NCBI GenBank assembly: GCA_043228905.1
Contig: JBHGNT010000008.1
Coordinates: forward strand, 8,308,001-8,372,000
Source: Azolla caroliniana
Lineage: Eukaryota > Plantae > Polypodiophyta
Reading direction: 5' to 3'
DNA: 64,000 bases
Below the pieces are notes generated by a model. It saw nothing but the letters and a program-made list of their open reading frames with translations, was not told the DNA's origin and did no database searches. Below, piece by piece: positions 25,986-38,041 of this stretch. Both the position numbers and the translations under genes were made by a program. Within the stretch, counting starts at the first letter, position 1. Each line of letters opens with the position of its first letter.

Positions 25986-28139
25986 GAAGAACATATATGC
26001 GTGGAAACGTATGTGACGACCTGTCGGTTATGCTCAGCAAACAACACAGAAGGAGAGCACAAAGATATAGACAGATGATAGACACACATATGAAGCTTTA
26101 ATAGAAGCTCTCTTTATTTCTATTCTCTCTCTCTCTCAGAGACTCGACGTACAAGATGATCAAGTGTTCTCTCTTTACAAAGTTAGGTTATCACTTATAT
26201 ACTAAGCTCTAATTCTTTAGACGAGTTCACACTAGAATACAAAGTGGAAGGAGTCGGCCTTTTATGCCAGCAAACTCCCCCGTAAAAGGACTACTCTTTC
26301 CTACATGTACATGTGTTTGGGGTTATCTCCCCCGTAAACCTAGATTACAATACTAATCTAAATTTATGTTACAAGTAGGTCGGCATATAGCCAAGTCAGC
26401 AGAGGTGAGGTCTGTGTCGAGCCTAGCCTGGCTCATTATCATGATTGATTCGGTCGACTCTTAGCTTATGTTCCTTTTTTGGCTTTCTTTTGCTCAATCA
26501 CTTGTCGCAGTCCCATGTTTGTCCTTAGTGCTCCGAAGCGTTGATCTGGGAGTGGCTTCGTCAAGCAATCGGCAATGTTCACCTCGATGTCGATCTTTTG
26601 GACTTTGAGCCTCTTCTCGGTTATGAGTTCCCGGATGTGATGATATTGCACCTCAATATGCTTTGTCTTTGCATGATAAACAGGATTGTTGATGAGGTGT
26701 ATTGCACTCTGTGAGTTGCAATAGATGGCAAGCGTTAGTCGGTCGATTCAGCCTGTAGCTGAAAAGTCGGTGCAGCCAGATTGCTTCCTTCATTGCCTCT
26801 GATGTTGTTATGTACTCGGCCTTCATGGTTGACATGGTCGTACCCTATTGAAGTTTCGACCTCCATGATATAGCCCCCCCACCATAAGTGAAGATAGCCA
26901 AATGTTGACTTCCGATTGTCCATATTTCCAGCCCGGAGTCAGTGTAGCCTTCGACTTTGGCTGAGGTTGTCAAACCGAAAGTCAGTTGTGTATCTTTGGT
27001 CCCTCTCAGGTACCTGAAGATGTGCTTGATGGCCTCCCAATGCTTCCGTCCTCGGTTTGACATGTATCAGCTGACCACTCCTACAACATAGGCTAGGTCG
27101 GGTCGGGTTGCCACCATTGCGTACATGATACTCCCTACGGCCGATGCATAGGGTATCTTCCCATTAAGCTCTCTCTCCTTGTCCGTTGAAGGAGAGTCTT
27201 TATCCAATAGTCGGATCTACGTCGGAAGCGATGTTGGTGTTGGCTTCGCATTCTCCATGTTTAAGCGCCTCAACACCTTACGAATATAGTCAGACTGGGA
27301 GAGTCAAAGAGTCTTGGTCGTCCGATTTCGCTCGATCCTCATGCCCAGTATGTGATGGGCTTGTCCGAGTTCCTTCATCACAAACTTGTCGTGAAGGCTT
27401 CGCTTCGACTTGCCGATCTCTCCTTGATTGCTTCGTGCAATCAGCATGTCGTCGACATATGGGATTAGGTAAATCCTAGACTCGTCGGCCAGTTGCCGAA
27501 CATACATGCATGGGTCAGAGTCGGATCGGTGGTATCCAAGCTGCCTGATGTAGGAGTCGGACTTCTGGTACCACATCCTCAACGCTTGTTTCAAGCCATA
27601 GAGGCTTTTCTTCAGTCGACATACGAGGTGACTTTCTTGCCCTGTAAATGTCTTCTTCCTGTTGATCCTAGGGGCCGGACAACAGCCTAACACATGGTGT
27701 CCACTTAAGACACTTCACCAAAGGGTGTTACGGCAGGATGACTTACGACACAACGCTTAATTAGACCTTAATCAGTTGGTTAGCAATACATCATTAACAC
27801 GCGTAAGATATAACAATGAGTACAGAACGGTAATCAATACTAAAAGATTAAGGCAATAAGTTCTATTAATTATCCGTTGTCAATTATATTGTAATCGGGC
27901 CTTTATATAGGTCTCTGGTGCGAAGTACAAAACGGTGCCAAACGGCACCTATTTGGAATCGGTCCGGATCCGGATCGGCATACCGATTCCGGTCCGTCCG
28001 TCCATCTTAATAAAATAATTACAACAGTTCCCGAATAAACTATTCCTTTCACACTCTGGTCTGGACATCCTTAAGCCTTCTTTGCCAGCCGGGTAACACA
28101 TGGCACGCCCGTGGGATAGTACCTTGTACGTCGAACCCA

Positions 28140-31130
28140 TTATCCGGCCCTACTACTCTTCGTCCAAAATGTCCAGAATGCTTTGCTCCAGAATTTCCAA
28201 TGGCTCATCGGGAATCTGTTGTTGTTGTTGTGGCTGCTGCGGTGGTTGCTCCATTTGTGCCTTCTCCGTTTGGGGCTATTGCTCCGTTTGTCGCTCTGGC
28301 ACCGGCGTTTCCTTCGTTGTCTCCTCCGTCGGAGTTGTCGCTGGCTGACTGATCCTGGCCTGGTCCCCGTCTGGTCCTTGTACCGGCGACAGTTCCTCAT
28401 CACTAAGGTTGACCATTGCCGCCTTCCTTGCTTTTTCTTCCCGGAGCCGGGACCGCTCATAGCTCTCAAACTAGATTTGAGCCTCTAGCCGATCGTCGTC
28501 CAGTTGGGCTATGAGCTGCCGAACCTGCACCAATTGTTCATCCGCCAGGGCTATGAAATCTTCGGCCAGCTCATCCCTTATGGCGGTGAAGTCCTCCGAT
28601 GTCAGCGTATAATAGTCGTCACCTTCCTTCCGCCGGTTTTCCACGTCCGCCCTGAGCAATTGGAGTTCCATCGTATTCTGCGCCCATTTCGTCCACCATT
28701 GCACAGAGCTCTCGTCAATCAAGCGTTTGGTCTTGGTGAGCCATGCCCGGAGGATGCATTGGATCCGTTCGGTTCCCATCAGTGATTTGATCTCCACGGC
28801 TTGTCGCTCCTCTTTCAATTGCTTGATGATTCTGACCGTGTCCGCCTCCAGCTCCCTATAATGCGACAATTGACTTTGATAGGTTGTTTGCAACCTCTGT
28901 AACACCATTGTCGCTCTTCCCTTTTCTTCATGGTTCTGCTTGTGGAGCTCCATCCGGTCCATCGCCGCTTCCTCCAATAGCTTTGAATTCTCCGCTCGTT
29001 TGTCGACGAGTGCCGTTGTGGCCCTATCAACTTCTTGCCGGAGCTCGACCAGCCTTTCATGTTGTTGCTTATACTCCGCCTCCAGCTGCTTGTAGTCCCA
29101 GTGCAGATGATCAAAATCATCGGTCTTCTGCTTCAGCCTCTGGTTGATCTGCCGGCGCGCGCGGTCCTCCCGTTCCTTCTATTGACGGAGTTCTTCCTTC
29201 AGCCTTTCGATTTCCGTCTTCGCCATCCGTCACAACTTGTCTTTCTCCTGCAACAATTTCTCTTTTTCATCCTTTAGTTGGTCGTAAGCTTGATGTCCTT
29301 TACGCAGGTTTTCCTCTGCCCGGCGGAGGTTCCCAGTAGTCTTCTTTAATTCTTCTTCGGTCGCCTTCTCAAGTCGCGTTCGCGGCTCCGTAATGCTTCT
29401 TGTGTGGCAAGTTCGTCACTTAAGTCGGCAAGCTCTTGGGCTTGCGCCACATCTTTCTCCGGAACAGTTTCTGCCTCCGGGGTCTTATTCGTATGTACAT
29501 CCACCAAAGTCACCGGTGCTTGGATCTGTGTTGTTGTTAAGGCCATTTTGGCCATGTCTTCTGTGACCCGATCCAAGTCTTGTTCGAGGCACCGGATCCT
29601 TGACCGGGCCATCTCTAGTTCGTCGGTTGTGATTAGCAATTGTTCCATCTGCGCTCGCTCTTCCGCCTCTACGTATCCGATGACTCCGGCAATTTGTTCT
29701 CCTATCCACCGGAGCCATTGGCTGCCGGTGCCTTGTTGTTGCGTCTGCACGGCGGGTTGGCTGATGGGTTCACTTGCCGGTGTCTGGTCCCGCCTTTCTA
29801 TGTCGAGCGGCAATTTCGGCTCTACCTGCTGACCACTTTGCCGTTCAGGTTCCGGTTGTGTTTCGGTTGGCCGCTCCTTGTCTGCTTGTTCTTGGCCAGC
29901 TGAGGAGGTTGGCATTTGTATAACTAGCTCTTGAGTTACGGGGCTTGCCGGTGTTGCCTATTGTGCAAGAACTTCTGTGAACGGCTCCATCCGAACCGGT
30001 TCCGGTGCCTCCCTTGGCGTGGGAGTCTCAGTGTGGGTTGCAGGCGTTCCATCCTTCTGTGGGTCTGAACGCTTCCCGGCTGATTTTGCGGTCCTTTTTA
30101 CCGGCCGCCGCTGGAGGTGCTCCGTAGGCTCCTCCTTCGTTTCCTCCTCCTGCGTCTCGGGATTCATTCTTGCCGCCAAGGTGTCCGTTTCTCGCTGCAC
30201 CGGTCAGTGGAGTGGGCTCTTCAGTGGCCATGCCAGTGTCTCCACGTCCGTGTCCGTCGGCCACTTCCGGTTGCCGCGCTCCTTTCCCGCCTTCTCTGCG
30301 TCGGCCGTCTTCCCCTTAGTGGCCTTAGAGGCCAACAATTGTTGCCGTTTTGAAGCAGCTCTCGGGGTGCTATCGGGTACTCTTCCCCGTTTCTTGGTCT
30401 GGACAGGCTCAACAGGTGGCGCCAATAGGGTGAGCCATTGCGTCACCGCATGCCATATTTTCCAGCCTTCTTTGCCTTCCTTACCTCTTACCGTATCAAT
30501 GGCCGCGCACAATCCGTCGGCGATCAGCACCGGCCAATCCACCTTGACCCCTTCGTACGTTGCGATAATCAAGCCTGCTCGGTTATGAGGCATAACGGGC
30601 GGTTGAGGGTATACGTGGCCGAACTCATGGAGTACACGGGCAATTTCGCGGAATAACATATCTTCGCCGCCCTGTGTCCTGTAGCCCTTGCTAGCGAGAG
30701 AATACTCACCGAAATATTTGATGAGCTGCTCGGAGGTAGGATTGTCGATCGTGTAGATTCCCCCTTCCGAAAGGCCTGTTAACGCACGGATCGCCTCCTC
30801 TGTGATCAACTCTGTGTCGATTTCTTTGATAATCGTTTCGGCCTCCTTGTGTGGCGTCGCCTCCATGATCGTCAAGAAACCCTCCAGTCCGTGTTGCCGT
30901 AGCCATTTCTTGGCGGCTTCAGACAGTGTTTGGCAGTCCATCTCTGCGTCGAGGTCGGAGAGCGTTGGGGAGGTTTGACAGTGGTGAGTGTGTGAGAGAG
31001 AAAGTTCTGAGTGAGGGGGTTCTCTGTGCGCGAGCTCTCTTCGAATGATCTTCACGCGTCTGTCTGCGTCTGTTCTCCTTGGTTCGCGAAAGAAGAAAGT
31101 CTCGATGCGTGGGGGTTTTTCTCTCTGCAT
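28140..31130 (-). pseudogene. Extra (env-like position) sense ORF of element B between INT and the 3' LTR, broken into about 5 pieces
   Basis: Consecutive minus-strand ORFs 30204-31130, 29958-30200, 29346-29915, 28471-28977. Globular N-terminus (VKVDWPVLIADGL) followed by low-complexity and coiled-coil segments. Confidence 0.7.
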
Positions 31131-32909
31131 CTTGGCCCCTTTTCGAGCCTACTCGTGTGCAGGTCGTGTGTACTATAATAGCATTATGTGCCATGTGGCG
31201 GTGTTTTAATGCCCCATTCATAGCCTCCTCGTACCTTTTCGAAGTGCCTCTTTACTCCTCGTTTGCATGGCCGTTCCCACCACTCCTTTCCATGATTTCT
31301 TTGATTCCATTCGATTTTTATTTATTTATTTATTTATTTATTTTAATATGTGATTATTAGGTTACTTCGCCTCTGGTCCTACCGGACCCTTACCCGAAAC
31401 GCGCATCTTGCCGGCCTCTTGACGGTTTGTCGTCGTTTTGCTCTCCCCGGTTGCCGGCTCGTGCTCCTCCTTGCCGGCTTGGTGGTAGCCGTTTTCCTCA
31501 CAGGTTGCCGTCTTGGTTGGCCTGTCGGCGTCCAATTCGATGTCGATCCTTCGTTCAAATGGGTTCTTGGGCATAAGTCCTTTGTATGGCTTTAGTCTAA
31601 ATCCGTTGACCCATTTACCCAGCACTTCGCCGGCAAGTGTGCCTAACTGGTAAGACCCATTGAACCCGCGTGTGATCCAATACGGTTCGGTCCATCTAAA
31701 CCGTAGTTTGCTTGGCATTTTACCCATCCGGGTCTGGAACACTAGTACCGGCTTGCCGATTTCGAACATCTTTTCGTTTCCCTTCCGGTGCCGATCTACA
31801 AACGCTTTCTGTCGTCGTTGTTCCAATTCCAGGTGCATATGCTCGCCAGTCGGTGTTCTTCTAGTTCACACAGAGCCTTTAACCGAATTGCCTCCGATTC
31901 CTTTTCATTAAGTCGTTCCGGAATTTGGATCCGTAAGCTCGGTACCTGGAACTCGACCGGCATGACTGCCTCTAATCCGAATGCTAACCGGAACAACGTT
32001 GTTCGGATGCTTGTTTTGTACGTTGTCCGGTAAGCCTAGAGCGCACTGTGCAACTTCGTGTCCCAATCTGTCCGATTCTCATTGACGATCTTGCGCAGGA
32101 TATTCTGTAGCGTTTTGTTTGTTGACTCAGCTAATCCGTTGGCTTGTGGGTAGTACGGGGTGCTCCGCTTATGTACTACCACACAGAATGACGTCAAGCT
32201 CTCCACTACATGTCCAAGAAAGTGCCCTCCATGGTCGCTTATCAGCTCTATGGGGCATCCGTACTGGCACCAAATGTATTCGTATAAGAATTTTGCCATC
32301 GACGCCACGGTGTTGTCTCGTAGGGCTTTGGCTTCCACCCATTTAGTGCAGTAGTCCATCGCTACGATCACATACCAGTTGCCAGTTCTCATTGCCAGTG
32401 GTTTAAATGGTCCGACAAAATCCAGTCCCCATTTCTGAAATAGTTCTAGCCGTAGTATTGGCTGGTGCTGTCAGGAACTCTATTAAGGCAGAGAAGGAAT
32501 TAGTACTAAAAGAAGGATTAGTACTATTGTCGGGGAATAGTACTAAGACAGAGAAGGATTAGTACTATGAGAGGTGTCGAACTTTGAGAGAAGGAATGAG
32601 TGAGAGAGAGAGAGAGAGAGAGAATGATGATGCGAAAGATATATGTATTATATGAAGGAAGATATACAACAGTGGTTAGAAGGCTTAAGACTGGCGTTGA
32701 ACCGATTTGGTTCGAACTAATGCCTTGCGCCTCCTTTTATAGTGTCTTCAGGAATACTCCTGAAGTTTCTAGAATGTTCCAGAGAAATCTGGAATATACA
32801 TCAATTTCCCAATAAAACCTAAATGAAAATAATATCCTTCAAATTACAATTCATAACCTAATGGTAAAGTCTCGACCCGTGTAACAAAAGGTTATGGGTT
32901 CGAGTCTAG

Positions 32910-35900
32910 TTATGACACTATCCCCCCTTTAAAACGACGAGTTCCACGAGTCGTTTTGGATTGAGGACCCGGTTTCTCGGGATATCGTCGATGGAAGTCT
33001 TCTAGAAGAGCACGAGCATTGGTCACATTCTCGATCGGTTCCCAAGTACGCTCGCTGGGACTATATCCTAGCCAATCGACTAGATAGTAGAGCTTGTTGC
33101 GAACAATCTTGGAATCGAGGATGGCAGCGACCTCATACTCAGGTCCATCTTCGAGCTCGATAGGAGGTGGTGGTTGTATAGTACGTCCTAGGATAGTGCT
33201 CTCGTGATAGGGTTCGAGGAGAGAACTATGAAACACCGGATGTATCCGAAGTTGCGGAGGTAGCTCGAGACGAAAAGCGACATCATTAATCTTCCCGATA
33301 ATACGGAAAGGACCTAATCGCCGATAATCCAACTTCTCACATGGGCGAGTAGTCTTGATGTGTCGTCGTAGCAGCCACACCCGATCTCCAATGTTAAAAC
33401 TGGATGGAAGTCGATGACGATCTGCGTAGTCCTTGTGTGATTGTTGAGCTTGCTGGAGTTGAGTAGATAAATCCGCTTGTATCTTGCGTAACCGCTCCAA
33501 ACGATCCTCCGCGCAAGGATTTGTGGACACTTCTGGGGTTTCAAGGACACACCACCGGGGATGATATCCTGTATAAGCGTAGAATGGCGTGACTTTAGTC
33601 GATGCGTGGATAGCGTTATTATAGGCAAATTCGGCGAACTGAAGAATATCTGCCCAGTCATTCTGATGATAGTTGAGAAAGCACCGCAGATACTGCTCCA
33701 GTGTTTGATTTGTTCGTTCGGCTTGACCGTCGGTTTGTGGGTGGTAGCCGGAGGAGAGGTTACAAGTGACCTTCAGCATTTTAAAAAGGTGCTTCCAGAA
33801 TTTTGACACAAACTGGGGTCCACGATCGCTGATGATATTATCAGGGAGTCCATGATGCCGACATACTTCCCGCATGACAATTTCGGCGGTGTCTTCACTA
33901 GATATTTCTTTAGTACATGGTAAGAAATGAGCCATCTTCGTATATCGATCCACCACTGTGAGAATCGCACTGAATCCCTTAGAGACTGGAAGATCTGTAA
34001 TGAAGTCAAGAGCAATGGATTGCCATGGCTTGCTTGGAATTGGTAATGGTTCTAATAAACCATATGGATGATGTCTTGGCATTTTTGCTCTGCAGCATGT
34101 ATCGCAAGTCCGAACAAAATCTTCGACAAATTGTCGCATACGGGGCCACCAGAATGATCGTTGTACTAAATCTAATGTTTTAGTACTACCAAAATGTCCT
34201 GCTGTATATGTGTCATGGCAGGTTTGTACTACTCGAAGGCGGCAAGAACCATTAGGAACATACAAAAGTTCTTTAAAGAAGAGTAATCCATCACAGTATT
34301 TGAATTGCCGATAATCCGTACCTGGTGGTTGTGATTGTGAACATGACGCTCGAGAGGGGTCAATTTGTGCTAGTATAGCTTGGGCGAAAGCGTCAGTCTT
34401 CAAGTCCTCACGTATAGTATTGGTAATGTCGGAATCCACGGGCATGTCAAAGACCTGTGCTGCTTGCAGTCGTGCTGGACCCAAGATTACTTGCTTCTGG
34501 TTATCGAAAGCTGGCTCACCGGGACGTGGTGTTAGATACGAACGCCGTGATAATGCATCTGCCTTCCCTTGGTGCTTCCCCGGACGATATGTAATTTTGA
34601 AGTCGAAGCGTGTGAGGAAGTGGGCCCACCGAGCTTGACGTCGATTCAGTACACGAGCATCTTGAAAGTAGGCAAGGTTCTTGTGGTCACTGAATACAGT
34701 GACCTGATGAGGAGATCCCTCCAGGAAATGCCTCCATTGCATAAAAGAATCAACTATTGCTAATAGCTCTTTATCATGAATTTCGTAGTTGATTTCGGCG
34801 GCGTCAAACTTACGGGAGTGGAAAGCCACAGGATGTAGCTTCTCGTCGTTACCTTGTTGTGACAGAATGCTCCCCAATGCGAAATCCGATGCGTCAGCTT
34901 CGATAATGAATGGTTTTTCCGGATCCACATGACCTAAAATTGGAGCTGATGTAAACGCCTTCTTAAGACTCTCGAAAGCCATGTCCGTCTCTTTAGACCA
35001 AATGAATGATTGTCCCTTCCTGGTGAGCTGTGTGAGAGGCAGCACAATTTTTGAGTAATTTTGTATGAACTTCCGGTAAAAATTTGCAAAGCCTAGGAAG
35101 CATTGCACATCCCGCACCGAACGCGGAGTGTGCCATTCTATCACCGTTTTGACCTTGGCTGGGTCCATAGATATGCCTTCTGAGGAGATGACATAGCCGA
35201 GAAACTCCACTTGGTTGCACCCGAAACTACATTTCTCTAACTTTGCATACAGACCATGTTCTCGAAGTCGTTTTAGTACTAATAGTACATGAGAATCATG
35301 TTCTTCTTGGGTCTTTGAATAAACCAGTAGATCATCCAAATAGATGATCAAAAAATCATCCAAGAGATCTCGAAATATATCATTCGCCATGTGCTGGAAG
35401 ACTGCCGGCGCATTAGTGAGTCCGAACGGCATGACCGTATACTCGAAGTGCCCATATCTGGTGCGAAACGCGGTCTTCCATTCATCTCCTGGTCGGATCC
35501 GTACGAGGTTATAGGCTCCTCGTAAGTCGATCTTCGTGAAGAACCTGGCACCGTTGATCCGTTCTAAAAGACTTGAGATAAGGGGAAGAGCATACCTATT
35601 TCTTACTGTGACCTTATTCAAGCCACGGTAATCTACAACGAGTCGAAGCGAGCCATCTTTTTTCTTGACGAAGAAAATGGGTGCGCCGGCTGGAGATTTC
35701 GAATGCCGAATGAAACCGTTCTCCAAATTCTCCTCTATATAGGCTCGAAGGACTTCTAGCTCGGTTGGTGACAAATTGTAGATCGGCCCCCATGGCGGCT
35801 CTTTTCCCGGTTGTAAGTCGATGGCGCAATCGTACGGCCGATGATGAGGAAGTGTGTTGGCTTGTACTTTATCGAACACATCAGCATACTGATGATACTT

Positions 35901-36503
35901 CTCGGGAAGTTGAACGGTGGACTCCTCTTTGGTGGTGCTGGAGGGTTGTACTGATATTGCGAAGAGAAACATTTCCTCCTTGCGCCCTTCCTCACGCAAC
36001 TGACGTAGCGAAATGGTTGCAACCTTCTGGGTAGATCCTTGGGTTTGTCGCAACCGGATTTCCCTTGTCCTCCAATCTATGTCTGGGTTATGTAACTCGA
36101 ACCATGGTAATCCTAAAACTATGGGATGTTCTGGAATACTAATAATATTAAATGATACTACACATGTTAAGTTATCTAGGACAATATTAACGGGTTCCGA
36201 CTCTTCTATGATATTACCAGAAGCAATGGGACGACCATCAATGACTACTACTGAGGCTGGACATGGGAGCTTTCTGAGAGATATCTGATGAGCTCGGGCA
36301 AAATTCCTATCCATGAAGCAAGAATTAGCTCCGGAATCTAGAAGGGCTAAGGTATGTACTGGAGGGGTACTTTTAGTACTAACTGCTACTTGGGCTACGA
36401 ACACATCACTAACTTGCTTAGAGGGAATGGAACCACTAATGGGCTGCACAGATCTAGGGCTGTCCAACCAAACGGCTCCTATTTTGGCTGGACTTAGTCG
36501 TTT
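32910..36503 (-). CDS. pol: Pol of element C (PR-RT-RH-INT-chromodomain), expressed by predicted -1 frameshift; stop codon lies inside the 3' LTR
   Basis: LLDSGA, YLDDLL, EADASDFALG, HHCC zinc finger, YHPQTDGQAER, GPF motif, chromodomain YEVAAILD...YLVDWLGY...TWEP. Confidence 0.96.
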   Translation of the reverse strand, partial: KRLSPAKIGAVWLDSPRSVQPISGSIPSKQVSDVFVAQVAVSTKSTPPVHTLALLDSGANSCFMDRNFARAHQISLRKLPCPASVVVIDGRPIASGNIIEESEPVNIVLDNLTCVVSFNIISIPEHPIVLGLPWFELHNPDIDWRTREIRLRQTQGSTQKVATISLRQLREEGRKEEMFLFAISVQPSSTTKEESTVQLPEKYHQYADVFDKVQANTLPHHRPYDCAIDLQPGKEPPWGPIYNLSPTELEVLRAYIEENLENGFIRHSKSPAGAPIFFVKKKDGSLRLVVDYRGLNKVTVRNRYALPLISSLLERINGARFFTKIDLRGAYNLVRIRPGDEWKTAFRTRYGHFEYTVMPFGLTNAPAVFQHMANDIFRDLLDDFLIIYLDDLLVYSKTQEEHDSHVLLVLKRLREHGLYAKLEKCSFGCNQVEFLGYVISSEGISMDPAKVKTVIEWHTPRSVRDVQCFLGFANFYRKFIQNYSKIVLPLTQLTRKGQSFIWSKETDMAFESLKKAFTSAPILGHVDPEKPFIIEADASDFALGSILSQQGNDEKLHPVAFHSRKFDAAEINYEIHDKELLAIVDSFMQWRHFLEGSPHQVTVFSDHKNLAYFQDARVLNRRQARWAHFLTRFDFKITYRPGKHQGKADALSRRSYLTPRPGEPAFDNQKQVILGPARLQAAQVFDMPVDSDITNTIREDLKTDAFAQAILAQIDPSRASCSQSQPPGTDYRQFKYCDGLLFFKELLYVPNGSCRLRVVQTCHDTYTAGHFGSTKTLDLVQRSFWWPRMRQFVEDFVRTCDTCCRAKMPRHHPYGLLEPLPIPSKPWQSIALDFITDLPVSKGFSAILTVVDRYTKMAHFLPCTKEISSEDTAEIVMREVCRHHGLPDNIISDRGPQFVSKFWKHLFKMLKVTCNLSSGYHPQTDGQAERTNQTLEQYLRCFLNYHQNDWADILQFAEFAYNNAIHASTKVTPFYAYTGYHPRWCVLETPEVSTNPCAEDRLERLRKIQADLSTQLQQAQQSHKDYADRHRLPSSFNIGDRVWLLRRHIKTTRPCEKLDYRRLGPFRIIGKINDVAFRLELPPQLRIHPVFHSSLLEPYHESTILGRTIQPPPPIELEDGPEYEVAAILDSKIVRNKLYYLVDWLGYSPSERTWEPIENVTNARALLEDFHRRYPEKPGPQSKTTRGTRRFKGGIVS

Positions 36504-36506
36504 AAC
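36454..36506 (-). promoter_or_regulatory. -1 programmed ribosomal frameshift signal (G UUA AAC, 6-nt spacer, 11-bp stem or pseudoknot)
   Basis: Sense GAG TTA AAC GACTAA GTCCAGCCAAA ATAGGAGCCG TTTGGTTGGAC AGCCCTA; pol is in the -1 frame and open from the heptamer. Confidence 0.8.
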
Positions 36507-37663
36507 TCTTCTTCTAATTGGCTAAGGACATCAAATTTGTTTGCAAGATTCGGACTATTAGTACTATTAGGACTATTATGACTATGAGGACTATCAGAGA
36601 TTCCTACTGAAATAGACTCGGGTTTAGTATAGTCAGAACTAACAACGACTTGGTTTACCTGCCTTCTTGGTCTATGGGGACAGTTTATCGCGATATGCCC
36701 TGGTCCACCGCAATAAAGGCATAATCGGTTTGTTCGGCGTCGTTGCTTTTCCTCCTCCGATAGCGGCCCACGACGACGTGTAGTGTCAATTTCCATTGGA
36801 GTTGGAGTACTTACTGGAGGCGCATTATGTGACTCCCTTTGAAAAGGTTTCGCTACCACTGAGGCATAGGTAGGCTCGGATCTTGCCCTCGGCATCTGAA
36901 ATTGTCGTTCCGAACGTCGCTCGAAGAGGCGGTTGTCACATCTGACCGCTCGACTGATTGCTTCTGTTAATGATTTTGGCTCTTCAGGGAAAGTCAAGAG
37001 TAAATCCTTGACATCGTTGCGTAGACCATAGCGGAACTGCTCCATCAATGCTTGATCATCCCAGGGGATATCGGCGGCGAGTAGGCGGAAATCTGCAGCA
37101 TATGCGGAGGCTGGACGGTCACCTTGGCGTAATCGCCGGATTTTGTTGATTGCAGTCCTTATGCTGTCAGTATCTCCAAAACATGCTTTAAACTCACTTA
37201 TGAATTCTTCAAAATTATTTAGTACTGGAGATTCCTTTTCTAGTAGCGGAGCGAACCATGCTAATGCTGAGCCATTTAACAACGTGGCTACTAAACCCAC
37301 TCGTGATGCATCGGTGGGATATCGGGACGGATGCATTTGAATAACTAACCGTACCTGGTTAAGAAACCCTCTAAACTGCGATCGCGTTCCATCGAACTTC
37401 GTGGGAAGGCCAATCTTGGGTTCTTTATGAATCCCTTGTGCTCCGTGCCCTTGTTGTTGCATTGCTACGATGGTTGCTTCGAGTTGTTGCACGCGTAACG
37501 CAAGTTCCCCATGTTGTTGTTGCGTTTGCTGCTTTTCTAAGGAAATTTGCTGAAGATCCCCCAACAAGCGTTGATTTTCTTGTTCCAAAGCATGAAACTT
37601 CTCTTTCAAGCATTGAAATTCCGAGAAAACGGATTGATACTCTTCAGCGCTAACGGTGGCCAT
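36494..37663 (-). CDS. gag: Gag of element C (389 aa; coiled coil, retrotransposon capsid, CCHC knuckle)
   Basis: PTKFDGTRSQFRGFL, LRQGDRPASAYAADF, PTPMEID, CLYCGGPGHIAINC. Confidence 0.95.
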   Translation of the reverse strand: MATVSAEEYQSVFSEFQCLKEKFHALEQENQRLLGDLQQISLEKQQTQQQHGELALRVQQLEATIVAMQQQGHGAQGIHKEPKIGLPTKFDGTRSQFRGFLNQVRLVIQMHPSRYPTDASRVGLVATLLNGSALAWFAPLLEKESPVLNNFEEFISEFKACFGDTDSIRTAINKIRRLRQGDRPASAYAADFRLLAADIPWDDQALMEQFRYGLRNDVKDLLLTFPEEPKSLTEAISRAVRCDNRLFERRSERQFQMPRARSEPTYASVVAKPFQRESHNAPPVSTPTPMEIDTTRRRGPLSEEEKQRRRTNRLCLYCGGPGHIAINCPHRPRRQVNQVVVSSDYTKPESISVGISDSPHSHNSPNSTNSPNLANKFDVLSQLEEELND

Positions 37664-37750
37664 GGGATGAAGGAAAAGGGAAATAAGAGACTAATAGGAA
37701 AGGAGGGAGACAGAAGGAAGAGGGAGAGAAAAGACCAGACAGGCACCGAG

Positions 37751-37762
37751 AAATCGGTTCAA
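37751..37762 (-). promoter_or_regulatory. Self-priming PBS of element C, complementary to LTR positions 37993-38004
   Basis: Sense TTGAACCGATTT 2 nt after the 5' LTR, with no TGG; perfect 12-nt complement AAATCGGTTCAA 33 nt downstream of TATAAAA. Confidence 0.85.
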
Positions 37763-38041
37763 ACTGTCAGGAACTCTATTAAGGCAGAGAAGGAATTAGT
37801 ACTAAAAGAAGGATTAGTACTATTGTCGGGGAATAGTACTAAGACAGAGAAGGATTAGTACTATGAGAGGTGTCGAACTTTGAGAGAAGGAATGAGTGAG
37901 AGAGAGAGAGAGAGAGAGAATGATGATGCGAAAGATATATGTATTATATGAAGGAAGATATACAACAGTGGTTAGAAGGCTTAAGACTGGCGTTGAACCG
38001 ATTTGGTTCGAACTAATGCCTTGCGCCTCCTTTTATAGTGT

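Noticed and set aside
32600-32815. 71-aa ORF duplicated at 37896-38111
   Set aside because: It lies within the LTRs over a (GA)n tract; the duplication only reflects LTR identity.
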